In this document: piece after piece, positions 12,915 through 24,526 of the stretch | How positions within the stretch are numbered: the stretch's first letter is position 1 | How the letters are laid out: each line of letters starts with the position of its first letter | NCBI RefSeq assembly: GCF_009914755.1 | Contig: NC_060947.1 | Direction: 5' to 3' (one strand) | Length of the DNA stretch: 64,000 nt | Source of the DNA: the human T2T-CHM13v2.0 reference genome, Homo sapiens | Position numbers and translations under genes: made by a program | Notes under the pieces: generated by a model | Told to the model about the DNA's origin: nothing | The model's database searches: none | What the model saw: the letters and a program-made list of their open reading frames with translations, nothing else

Positions 12915-14039
12915 CTGGTACAAGCTTTGGCCTCCAATATAAAACAAGCAAGTGAGGGTAGCTATCAGCAGGATTAGAGACACACATAGGAAATTATACC
13001 TTAATTTAGAAGAAATATGTGTGTGAAAACATGGAAACTAAGCAGTCCTGCCATAGAGTATGTATAAAACAGAATAAATTGTATTCCTCTACTGTTTATT
13101 TTATTATTTGTTTTATGATATAAATCTACAATAATCTACTCTATTGTTGGTAAACATCTTTTATAATAAGTCCTTTTAGAATCCCAACTTTAACAATAAG
13201 TATAAATTTAATAAAGCATTAAATATTAAACATATATCTCAAGTAATTTAATAAAGAAAAAGTATCTTGCACAGAGTTTTGTTGACATAATCATCCTCCA
13301 AGAGGGCTATAATATCACTGAAAACACAAAACAGAAGACCGATGAAAGTGAGACGGAGTAGCATCTACTTTAAAAATTGATGGTTATTTTAAAAACGTAT
13401 TCTTGCAAGCCCTAATTTAACCTGCAGATACAGAAGGTGCAATTACATACTCCTCTGTGAATCATGAGTTTTTCTTATATCAGATGTTTATACTTCTAAA
13501 TTAATTTCACTCATTTTTTTCAAAGTTCATTCGCTTACTGAATAAGGTTTACTCAAGGGTTTGATGTGCTACGTACTGCGGTAGGCATTAAAGTCTTTAA
13601 AGTAACATTAGGTAAATATTTAAGAGCTAACACACTGCAATCTTACTTTCTACCTATTGTTATTTAGTCTTTATTATATGCTGATCTTTCTACTTGTAAT
13701 AGCATCTCCTTATCCCCTGAGAACTTCTCATTATTTAGAAATTTAGAAAAATATAAACAGAGAGAAATTTTACATGTAAGAGCCAGCTTAAACAAATATT
13801 ACTAGAGATCACAGAGCATCCCACCAACCTAATTATTTTTATTCTAGAATACGGAAAAATATTCAGGTTTTAATTATAATATAGATGAATCATTTTGAAA
13901 ATCAATTATATCATCTGCTGAAAGGATGATATATTTTGTGTTGAATTTTCATAGATTTTTGAGAGAAGATGACAACGAATGATACTCAAAGGTGACACAC
14001 CATTTACCGTAGATTATTTTTCTGGGTCTGATGTGGGAT

Positions 14040-14350
14040 TTTTTTTGATATATCATAGTTGTACATATTTATGAATTACTCATAATATTTTGATATGTGT
14101 TTATAATGTGTAATAACAAAGTCAAAGTAATTGGGATATCTATCACCTTGAACATTTATTCTTCATCTTGAAATGTTACAATTCTTCTATTCCAGCTATA
14201 TATAAATATATAATAAGTTATTGTTAACTATAATTTTCCTACTGTATTATCAAATACTAAAAGTTATTCCTTCTATCTAATTGTATTTTCGTACCACTGA
14301 AGCAACTTCTCTTCATCTCCCCCATTCATCCTTCCCTTTCCAGCCTCTTA
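14040..14350 (-). mobile_element. L1MA 3' UTR fragment
   Basis: TTGATATATCATAGTTGTACATATTTATG...GTAATTGGGATATCTATCACC...TTGTTAACTATA is the reverse of the L1MA 3' end seen at 7800-8030. Confidence 0.8.
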
Positions 14351-17092
14351 TTTTTTTTTTTTACTAAAAGTTTGCTTGTGCACATAAAAACAGAAGCAAG
14401 CATTGTTAATGGCTCCATATTCAACTTTGCAAATAGTTAAATGATACCAGTATATTAGTGATATTATCAAATGAAACATCTGCAAATAGAAAGTCAGTTA
14501 AGTTCTTCCCTGTCGTATAAGTAGTTTAATTTTTTTTTTCTAAATGATGAATTCTAAGTCAAATTCCTGAAAGTTCATTTCCTTGAAGGTGAAATATCTG
14601 AAGTTATCATAAATAATTTATAAAATTTAAGTACAAATTCAGCAATAAAGGTAATATTAGTTATTAGAAGGGGATAATAGGCAATATAAATCTATGGAGC
14701 AGAAATATGCTTGGAATTGGTTGTAGCATAAAACTAATTCATAACTGTGTCAAAATAAGATGCAGTATTCTACTGTTCAAAATCAAATGTTAAGTGACCA
14801 AAATTTAGAAACTGCTTATATACACGATTAATGTAATACACTTGTTTTTTGTAATGAAATTGAGGTTGAATAGTTAAAATTATTCAGCATAACAGTATTT
14901 TCTATCTTTGTTACCTATTATCAATAAGAATGTAATGATATTTGAATTTTTAAAAGAACTACTTTATAAATCATCTTAGGTATCATACAATGATTGTTGA
15001 ACTTATTTGTATACACATAAACATATTCTTAAATTTTAGGTGACTTTTGTTCAAAATTATTTGAAAATCTTTAATGAGAGCATTCAAGGAATTCAGCACA
15101 AAGGAGTTCATATCTTGAAGCTATAAATAAAATAAAAAATTATGGTAAACAGAGCTTATACACTTTGTGGTACTGATTCCTACTAAAGCAAGTAGGAAGT
15201 AACAAAAAAGCAAAAGCAAACAAAATGAAGGTGCAAATGTCCATGAGTTAATTCTGAAATTGCTACTTTGGAACATCTTAACCAGTGGAATTAATCCTTT
15301 GATTAACCATGTATTTTCATTTGGGTACACCTATATACCCTGTATTGCATTAGAAGGAGATCACAGGAGTTTGCAGTATCTAAATCCAGAATCCTTCAAA
15401 ATAGTTGTAAATATACACAATTTGTTTGACAAGTTTTAGTTGCAAAAACATTTTTAAGAAAGTTTTTGAATCCTGGCAAAAATCTATGAAAGTACTGGGG
15501 CTTAAGTGTTTATATATTTAACTACAGAAATAGAATTGCAAATATCCTCTATATAGCAGAATTTTCTCTAAGCTTATATTTCCACATTTATAGTTACCAT
15601 ATTTTCTTAAGAATGTTATGGCATACAAGAACAGTCAATTAAAAATATAAACATTGTAAATTTGCTAATTATAAAATACAGCTTTAAATACTATGATGCC
15701 AAATGTTATGAAAAAATTAAAATTACACATCTATACAAAAATAAAATTTTTAGAAACATACTAGTGGTATAATATCAGAGAGGAAATCTAAGAAACTGAA
15801 TTAAACATGCCAATATTATTTTTTAATGTATTGAATTGTATTATTGTAGCATTCAAATAATTCATATGAATACTTTCAAAATATTTTAATTTACTCAGTG
15901 TTGTATATGTTATTTTTAGAAAGTTTTAACTTCGAAAAGTTGTTTGAATAAAACATCTTATATGTTCATTGACATAATAAAACAAATTTTCTTGCTGATA
16001 ATTTTTATTAAAAAATCTCTTTATAGACCCTCATTTATTTTCAGATGTGTTTAATATAATATAGTATGGTGAACATACTGATATAGAACTAAGTAACATC
16101 TTTGATGGTCCAACAACATAATGAACAAAACAGCCATTCATAAACTTTAGTAGGGATTGGATTTGGGCCCTGATATACCATGAATTTACAATGTAAGGAA
16201 GCTTAGTAGAGAGACCTAGTCTAGAAGAGCTGGATTTCTACTTGGCTTACGGCTTCTCCAGTGGGAATGTATATTGCCAAGTGACACTCACTGAGGGAAG
16301 GACCAGTGATCCCCAAAACAAAATCTATAAAACTCTCTAAATACATATGTATGACAACACTGTTTTGGTTATTACCTATTGCTAATATTTCCTGTAATTC
16401 ATGTCCTCTTTTGGTTGAACATTCATGACCACACTGTCCTTAGAAAACCTGAACTAGTTTCTGAAAACTTCATTTATGGTCTAGATTACTCAAACTTAAC
16501 CTGTTCCTATGATATTCAAATTAATGCTTTCAGTTTGGTTCTGTGGGTCACCTTGTGTTGTTTAATTGACTTGATAACTGCTATGCTTGGGCCATACGAC
16601 TCCTGTCTGAACTTACCTTAAGCTACCTGGGAGCTGTCTGTCACAAGGGTCAAATTTGAGGATTTAAAAAATTTTGTACTTAATATGCTCTATGTATTAT
16701 ACATTTACCATATCCTGAAAAAGCCATGGTCATCTGAGAATCTCATTTGTGGCAGACAGGAGGGACTGACCTCTTTTATAACTTGAGCTTATCAGTGTCC
16801 ACTCTGCTAGCTGGCAGAACTAGTATTGGTTTAGCCTCTATATGAAGCTGAAGTCTTTCCAATTCCCAGTTTGTCTTTTCAAACTTAAAGCAGTCTATGT
16901 TACATATATTCATAGACTGAGGAGTCATGATGTGGTTGAGTGACCTCTTAACATAGTCCTCAGCCTGATTTTATATGAACCTTAGACTGTTCATAGCTGT
17001 TAATAAGTGACCTCTAGAGATAAACATCTTTAGGAAATAAACATCCCCAAGATATAGACACCTTTAAGACCTAAGATAAAATCCCAGGTCAG

Positions 17093-17452
17093 TGATTTGG
17101 TTTGGCTGTGTCTCCACCCAAATCTCATCTTGAATTTTAGCTCCCATAATTCCTATGTGTCATGTGAAAGACTGGGATGGAGGTAATTGAATAATGGCGG
17201 CGGGTCTTGCCTTTGCTATTCTCATGATAGTAAGTCTCATGAGATCTGATGGTTTTATAAAGGAGAGTTCCCCTGCCCACGCTCTCTTACCTGCTGCCAT
17301 AAAAGATATGACTTTGCTCCTCATTCACCTTCAGCCATGACTGTGAGGCCTCTTCAGCCATGTGGAACTGTGAGTCAATTAAACCTCTTTCCTTTATAAA
17401 TAATGTAGCCTCAGGTATGTCTTTATTAGCAGCGTGAGAACAGACTAATACA
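17093..17452 (+). mobile_element. THE1 (THE1C-like) solo LTR
   Basis: TGATTTGGTTTGGCTGTGTC...CAGACTAATACA, 360 bp. Perfect 5-bp TSD GTCAG at 17088-17092 and 17453-17457. Confidence 0.95.
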
Positions 17453-19430
17453 GTCAGCTTCAGTTCAGTCAAGAGCTTTATAAAGGAATCCGCAATTCTG
17501 AATGAAAACCCTTGTGTCAAATAAAGAACTTCGGTATTTTCTGGTATTTTCCAGATACTACTATTGTTGCACCCCCTCTCCTCTACCCCTGAAGAATTCT
17601 CTTATTTACTCTGAATGTTAGCTTTCCTGGACTTTGTGACTTGCTGGGAAGGATTTCCCTTGGAAGATCCTGTCCCCCATTTTCAGTATATGTCTCTCTT
17701 CACTTGCTCAAGTGAGGAGAGACATGGGCTTTTTAAATTTAACTGTTATTTTAACTTCTTTATACCTACCCATTACTAAATTTGTCAGTGTTCTAAAAAA
17801 CAATTAAAAATAAAGCTTCAGGAAATCAATAATGCACTTCAGTTAGTAAGGACAATTCTGTGTCAAATGCCTTATTGTGTTTTGTTGGTAATAGTAAGTT
17901 TAAATAATTATTTAAACAAGGTCAAAGAATGATAAATCTATCTGTTCACAACTGTAAATATTTATTCAATTGCTGAGATTTATCTTGTGTCAGGGTTAAA
18001 AAGCAAGACTGCTCTTCTAATAGCCTACTATTATTTTAACGTATACATTTAGCTTGTTGCTAAAGAAAATAGGCTAAAGGATTTTTATTTATTTATTTAT
18101 TATACTGCTATTCGACAACTCTAATGGATGCTTCAAGGGAACACTGAATTCCTGCATAAAATTTTGTAGCATATTTTATGAGTTGACACATTGTTTCGAG
18201 TAGTAAGCTCAGTGTTGCGTGAAAGGCATTGTATGTGTGAGTTCTTTGTGAACTGGAAAGCCATAAAAATCAGTTTATTCCTTTTTTTTTTAACAAGTGT
18301 TTCTGAAAGAAAATACTAATGTTACATTTGGATAATTTAAACAAAAGTGAAGTTTGCTTTAACGATAGCATCAGCCTTCAAGAAAAAAGACTTATTCACA
18401 GATATAATATCTTTGTCAGCTTTATTGATCTTAACTAACAATAACAAAGATAATGGAAGGTTTTTTAGAGTATGAAAAATAAACATATCGGGGCTGATTT
18501 ATTTTTTAAATAACTTAAAAAAATATTGCTTCTGTCATATCATCTGTTCCAATAACATTTCTAGTTGACATTTATATTGGAAGTAAATTTTAACCTGTAA
18601 AATGTCTCTGAAATCCATTCAGAAATAAAATAATACTATCTACATTTATTTGGCTATTGAATTTTTGTTGCCATTATAGTGTGATTCCTTAGAACAATGC
18701 TATGCAAAACACTTTCAGTTTCTTCAAGGCACGTAGTGCTACACAGTAGGAGGGCTAAAACAATTTATGAACTTGAAAAGTCAAAACACTGAATTAGAAA
18801 AACAATGAAGAAAAAGAAAAAGCAAATTAAGGACACAAAGCAACAATCACACCATGAGCTTTTAGAGTAGGGTACGCAATAACATACAGCTTTTGGTTTT
18901 TGAAAGACAGTGATAAAATAGAGGGTATATAATTAAATCCTAAATCAGGAAAAAACAAGGCATTTTCTGTTTATTTGGGATTGTCTTTTCCTTTTATGTT
19001 TTGAGTCACATTTCAATACCTTATCAAACAGCAGTATAAACAGTCTGAATTATATAGTGAGCAATACCTAATTGAAAATGCGATTTTATCCATGTTAATA
19101 GGATAACATATAAATTAAATTCAGGAAATTATTGGGTCTGTTACCCACAAAATATGGAAACACAGGATCATAATCATGTAATTTAAGGTCATAAAAGGCA
19201 TCTGGTCTCAATCTTCAGCATATAAAGTTATTTAATTTGTTCATTGAAGACTTGCATTCCTTATTTTGAAAATATCTCATTTTTTCATAATTAAAGATAA
19301 ATAATCCTTCTTATACAAAAAAATCAATGTTTAAAAGAAATGTAAAAGCCATGTGTTCTTTCTAACTAAAAGTTATTTAGAATATTTTCAAAACAGATCA
19401 CTTACGAAATTTTATTTTTAAGTAAATAGT

Positions 19431-19680
19431 ATTTTTCTCACTTATAAGTGGGAGCTAAACTACAAGGATGCAAAGCTATAGAATGATATAATGGATTTTG
19501 GGGACTAGGGAAGAAGAGGTTGAAGGATAAAAGACTATCTTTTGTGTACAGTGTACACTGTTCCGGTGACAGGTGCACCAAAATCTCAAAAGTCACCACT
19601 AAGGAACTTATCCATGTAACTGAAAACCACCTGTATCCCCAAAACTATTGAAATAAAAATAAAAATTAAAGAAAAAGAAT
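19431..19680 (+). mobile_element. L1PB/L1MA1-type 3' end
   Basis: CTCACTTATAAGTGGGAGCTAA...CAGTGTACACTG...GGTGCACCAAAATCTCA...CACCACTAAGGAACTTATCCATGTAAC...AAAACTATTGAAATAAAAA. Confidence 0.85.
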
Positions 19681-20210
19681 AAATAGAAGATTTTGCAAGG
19701 CAATAATTTTAAGATCTTTAAGTGTAAAATTTTGATATATTTGTCTTAAAAAATTCTCTAACAAGCAAACCACAAATATCTACTATTCTAGAAAGGTTTT
19801 CTGTTTAAGCTGGGGTTTTTTTGTAATTACAAACTTTACATTTTGATGTTGAATAAAAATAAATACTTCTATTTCATTCAGCAAGCGATTATTAGTCCAC
19901 ATGAGAAATATAATGTCTTATAATTAATTAAGAGTAGCTTTTAAAAAAGATTTTAAAATGTTTTTAAGGAAGTAAATTAATAACAGTACCAGGCCATTTA
20001 AATAAAAATAAAAATTAAATAAAAAGAATAAATAGTAAGCTTTGCATTTTAAGATCGACTGTAATGACATTCAACTTGCCATTTTAATTTTATACTTCTT
20101 AATCTTTTTATTTTATGATAATTTTTAACTTACAGAAACTTGCAAGAATAGAGCAAATCATTTTTTTTTCTTTCCAACTTTCATTTTAGGTTCGGGGGTA
20201 CATGTGCATG

Positions 20211-20434
20211 TTTGTTACATGGGTAAATGGCATGTCCTAGGATTTGGTGTACAGATTATTTCATCACCCAGGTAGTGAACATACTTTGTTACATGGGTAA
20301 ATTGCATGTCCCGGGGATTTGGTGTACAGATTATTTCATCACCCAGGTAATGAGCATAGTTTGTTGCCTGGGTAAATTGCATGTCCTGGGGATTTGGGGT
20401 ACAGATTATTTCATCACCCAGGTAATGAGCATAG
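20211..20434. repeat. Tandem triplication of a 74-75 bp L1 3' UTR segment
   Basis: Units start TTTGTT at 20211, 20285 and 20360; each contains TACAGATTATTTCATCACCCAGGTA. Confidence 0.95.
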
Positions 20435-20705
20435 TACTCCACTGGTAGTTTTCCAATTCTCACCCTCCTCCCACTCTTCACCCTCATGTAGGTCCCAGTG
20501 TCTATTGTTTCCTTCTTTGTGTCCATGTGTACTCAATATATAGCTCCCACTTACAAGTGAGAACATGTGCTATTTGGTTTTCTGCTCTTGCATTAATTTA
20601 CTTAGGATAATGGCCTCCAGCTGCATCCATGTTTCTACAAAGGACATGATTTTATTCTTTTCTATGGCTGCACAGTGTTTCATGGTGTATATGTACAACA
20701 CTGTC

Positions 20706-21070
20706 TTATTTTCCCCCATTTAAAATTCCCTTGTTTTTAACTTTTATTTTAAGTTCAAGAGTACATGTCCAGGTTTGTTACCTAGGTATACTTGTGTTGT
20801 GGGGGTGTGTTGTACAGATTATTTCATCACCCAGGTATTAAGCCTAGTACCCATTAGTTATTTTTCCTGACCTTTGTGCTCCTTCCACGCTCCAGCCTCC
20901 AATAGACCTCAGCCTGTGTTGTTTCCCTCTACGTGTTCTCGTCATTTAGCTCCCACTTACAAGTGAGAATATGCATGTGGCATTTGGTTTTCTGTTCCTG
21001 TGTTAGTTTGCTAAGGATAGTGGCCTCCAGCTCCATTTATGTTCTTACAAAGGACATAACCTCTTTCTTT
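20706..21070 (-). mobile_element. Second L1PA (L1PA11-14-like) 3' end nested in the first
   Basis: New 3' end TTTTTAACTTTTATTTTAAGTTCA...CCAGGTATTAAGCCTAGTACCCATTAG. Host L1 stops at ATGTACAACA (20700) and resumes at ATTTTCTTTATCCAG (21071). Confidence 0.85.
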
Positions 21071-22179
21071 ATTTTCTTTATCCAGTACACCATTGATGAA
21101 CATTTAGATTGATTTCGTGTCTTTGCTATTGTGAATAGTCCTGTAATGAACCTCCGTGTGCATGTGTCTTTAACGTAGAATGACTTATTTTCCTTTGGGT
21201 ATATATTCAGTAACAGGATTGCTGGGTTGTTTTAAGTTCTTTGAGAAAGCTCCAAACCACTTTGCACAGGGGCTGAACTAATTTACATTCCCACCAGCAG
21301 TAGATAAGTGTTCCTTTTTCTCCTGTAACCTTCCCAGCATCTGTTATTTTTTTACTTTTTAATAATAGTCATTCTGACTGCAACTTGCCATTTTAAATAT
21401 AAACTCTTAAAGATCAATTAAAAATACGTTATTACTTTAAGAATATCTGAAACACCTAAAATTTCCAGTAACTGCTGCTGAGGGACAATGACCATTCAAT
21501 GGCCATAGCATTGTGCAAGCATGTTTTTCAGGGACATCTGAATATAGACTCCAATAATTTTCTCACATAAGGATGTTTTCTTGTTGATGCTGAATTTTAC
21601 TCAAGAACCAGAGAGCCCAGCATTTATTATTATCAGCATATCTTCTGCATTATTTATGTGAGTCCTTCCTGAATGGATATCTAAATGCTAAATATAAAAA
21701 GGCGATACAAAAACCATAATTGATCTTTCTAGATCTGGTGAGACACTATTTTGCACATTTGCATCACTGGAAACCAGGTTTCTTCTCTTAGGGCCCCTGG
21801 TAACCAAAAGAGACTATGCTAAATATCCTGCATCTGTGGCCATCTTCTTTCCAGTTTTAAGTTTATAGAATAAGTATATATCTGTAGTTTTCATGCTAAT
21901 TCACAGTATTTTTCTCCAGGTGTTGAGTGGATTATACTATAGGGTGACAGCACCCTCCCAATGCAGCTTCTTTCTTCATGGTTTGAGTTGAAGCTCAGAC
22001 TTAGTGAATTTATTGACAATGTGAGAAGTGACAGGTATAGTTTACTGGTGCATCAGGCTCTCCATCATTCCCTTATACTTGAGTTTTCTGCATCTGTAGG
22101 TCCTTCACCTCTTTATCTACACACTTAATTATACTGAGTAGCTTTCTGATTAAGATAGTAATATTAGTTCGTGATCCAA

Positions 22180-23840
22180 AACAATGAAAATTGGGAAGTA
22201 AAACTACATGGAAAGAAAACCAATAACTTGTAAAATGAATGCAGATAGAAAACAAGTTTTTAAATAAACAAAAAACGTACTAACAGAAACAATAGGATAT
22301 ATTAGCAATATGAGAGAATAAGAATTTATAATTAAAAGGCAAGTATTAATATGAAAATGATATAGTAAGTGATACCAGAGCCTAAACAAATGGTAGAATG
22401 TATAAAGCAAAAAGACTATTTTTCAATTTAAAAAACCAGGCTGAGAAATAGCCACAGAAGTAAAGATAGAAATATATATATATATATGAAAGAAGAGTTT
22501 AAAACATATGGAAGATAGAAATTCCAAAATTCAAATAACAGAAATCCTGGAGAAATAAAAACAAAGAATGAAGAGTTAGAAATATTTGAAGAAACATGGG
22601 AGATATAGTTTATAAAATATAATTCAGAAATAAATGTATAGACATTAAAAAATAAACAATGTCTGATTGAAAAAAATTATCAAGTGCTATTAAATAAAAT
22701 TTATGGGATACAGTTGATTTGGACTAGGCTTTTGCACTAAGCCTAAAAGGCCAAACCAATATAAAGTTAAACTACAGTAGCTGAGCTCTACTTAATTGCA
22801 GGAGGCTTTGTACCCAATTAAGCTGTAACTAATTAAGTTGTATTTACACCACACTTTCATTTCCTATAAATGCTGTCAGATCGTGTTATTGGTTGGAGTT
22901 CTCTGAACTTGCTTTGATTCAGAGGACTGCCCATTTAAGAATTGTTTATGTTTTGTTTGCTTTGATTTGCTCTGGTTTGTATTGTTTTCCTTTGCTCAAA
23001 CTCAGTTAAAATTTAACCCTCATCTAAGGTATGTTTTCTGTTTACAAGTCCCAAAGAGTATTAAGAAAAATAAAACTTATTATTAAAACTTAGTGAATAC
23101 AGAAGACAATGGAAAATGTGTAAAGATAATTCAATAAGAAAGAACAGAACTACTACAGAGCATTAGACTTCTTAACTAAAGCACTTTCCAGATGAAATGG
23201 AGGCATATTTTTGATGATTTGAAGGATAGGAAATTTGAAACTTAAATTTAATTTTTAATGAAATCGTCATTAAAATATGAGCACATAATTTAAATATTTT
23301 TAGGAATTAAAGACCACAGAAGATTTACCACATAAAACATAAAAGTCATAAGCAAAACCTTTTGAGTGAATTATTTAAATACAAAGAGGAAAATACCTCC
23401 AGGTAACTTATGAACTTATGTCAGTAAGTTTAAACAAATATCTTGACAAAATTGGCTATCTAAAAATGCATACATACATATGTAGGTACACACCTAAGAG
23501 AAAAGAAAAAAGAGAGAGTCTCCATAACAAATCAGCCTTAATATCTATAAAATATTCACATAGCACCAGTATGAAAGGTGAGTGAGTCCTAGGATACGGA
23601 CATGAAAAGATAAGAAAATTTGTGGTTTTTGAGGATGACATAGATCACTTTTAAGGTATGCTATTTAAAAGAGATGCAAATAAAAGCCAAGAGAATGAAA
23701 AATTTGTATATGGACAGAATAAAGATATAATGAGACAATACTAACCAAGAATGCTGGTGTAGGGATATAGATACAACAACTTTTACACGCAAAACTTGTC
23801 AGGAAAATAACACAATTCTGAATATATATTGTAGTAAATA
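22180..23840 (+). mobile_element. Very old L1 ORF1-like/HAL1-like remnant, interrupted by an LTR
   Basis: Strong A-rich strand bias with ORF1-like motifs (ATATGGAAGATAGA, AGAAATATTTGAAGAAA, CATTAGACTTCTTAAC). Boundaries approximate. Confidence 0.5.
22688..23046 (+). mobile_element. ERV1 (MER4-group-like) solo LTR
   Basis: TTTGGACTAGGCTTTTGCACTAAGCC start motif, CCTATAAATG TATA box, GGAGTTCTCTGAAC...TTTGCTCAAACTC..TTAAAATTTAA, ends TTTACA. Confidence 0.65.
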
Positions 23841-23844
23841 CTGA

Positions 23845-24215
23845 GTGTGCCAACGATCCTTCATCTTCAGTGCTGAAGCACTAAGCATCCTGTTAGAAAT
23901 ACTAGTAGCAAACAGCTTGCAGGTGAATTCACCTGATTATTGCCCTCAACTGAAGAGTGTTGACTTGTCTGAATCCACACCCACAACCAATGACTGGTCA
24001 ATGCAAAAGCAGAAAAGCTTGAATTCCTTGTCTTAATTTGGGTATACTCTGCAGGGCCCATCCTAGCATCAGAGCTTCTTGTGGAATTGACTGAGGCCTT
24101 TGTTATGACCACATCACAGCTACTTGCTCCCTGTGCTAGTGATAATATTAAGAGTAATTCCTGAATGCAAATCTCCATCTCCGAGTCTCCTTCATATGGG
24201 ACTTGAACTGCAACA
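23845..24215 (+). mobile_element. LTR16-type ERVL LTR
   Basis: TGCCCTCAACTGAAGAG, CCAATGACTGGTCAATGC, CTCTGCAGGGCCCATCCTAGC..CAGAGCT, GCAAATCTCCATCTCCGAGTC; ends CTGCAACA. Confidence 0.75.
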
Positions 24216-24526
24216 GTTGGTGCCTGGGTTGCTACCAGAAAGCAGATGCTAACATGATACTTTGGAACTGATCACTTGTGACCCAGCAAGCAATAAAAAC
24301 TCCATCACTGATGGTAGATGGAACCCTGAGGGCACATGACACATGGTGGTATGCCAATGGTTAAAACATTTACTTCTGGTGAATTAGAATGGTGTACCAC
24401 AGAAGGGTATGCACTAGCTAGGGCAATGCATCAAGGATATGGTTAGTCTAGGGGCAATAATAGTCACAAGCATAATGGAAATAGGTGGCTGTTTCTGGGG
24501 CAATTGATTTTTCAAAAAGATACAAT
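24216..24526 (+). mobile_element. HERV16/ERV3-16A3-type internal 5' sequence (resumes ~26600-26660)
   Basis: GTTGGTGCC...AGAAAGCAGATGCTAA...CCATCACTGATGGTAG directly after the LTR16; continues AATGAAAGGTCAAGGGTAATTAATCAC after MER52. Confidence 0.65.

Larger units (their letters stand above)
20088..21380 (-). mobile_element. 5'-truncated L1PA15/16-like insertion (with internal triplication, nested L1 and 3' extra sequence)
   Basis: L1PA16-type 3' UTR starting at poly-T 20161. Perfect TSD CAACTTGCCATTTTAA at 20072-20087 and 21381-21396. Confidence 0.9.

Noticed and set aside
17898-17917. Perfect 20-bp palindrome GTTTAAATAATTATTTAAAC
   Set aside because: Almost purely A/T; one such palindrome is plausible by chance in 64 kb of AT-rich DNA.
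20211-20434. Regularly spaced repeats superficially like a CRISPR array or repeat-protein gene
   Set aside because: Contiguous tandem units without unique spacers, derived from L1 3' UTR in primate DNA; no cas-like ORFs.
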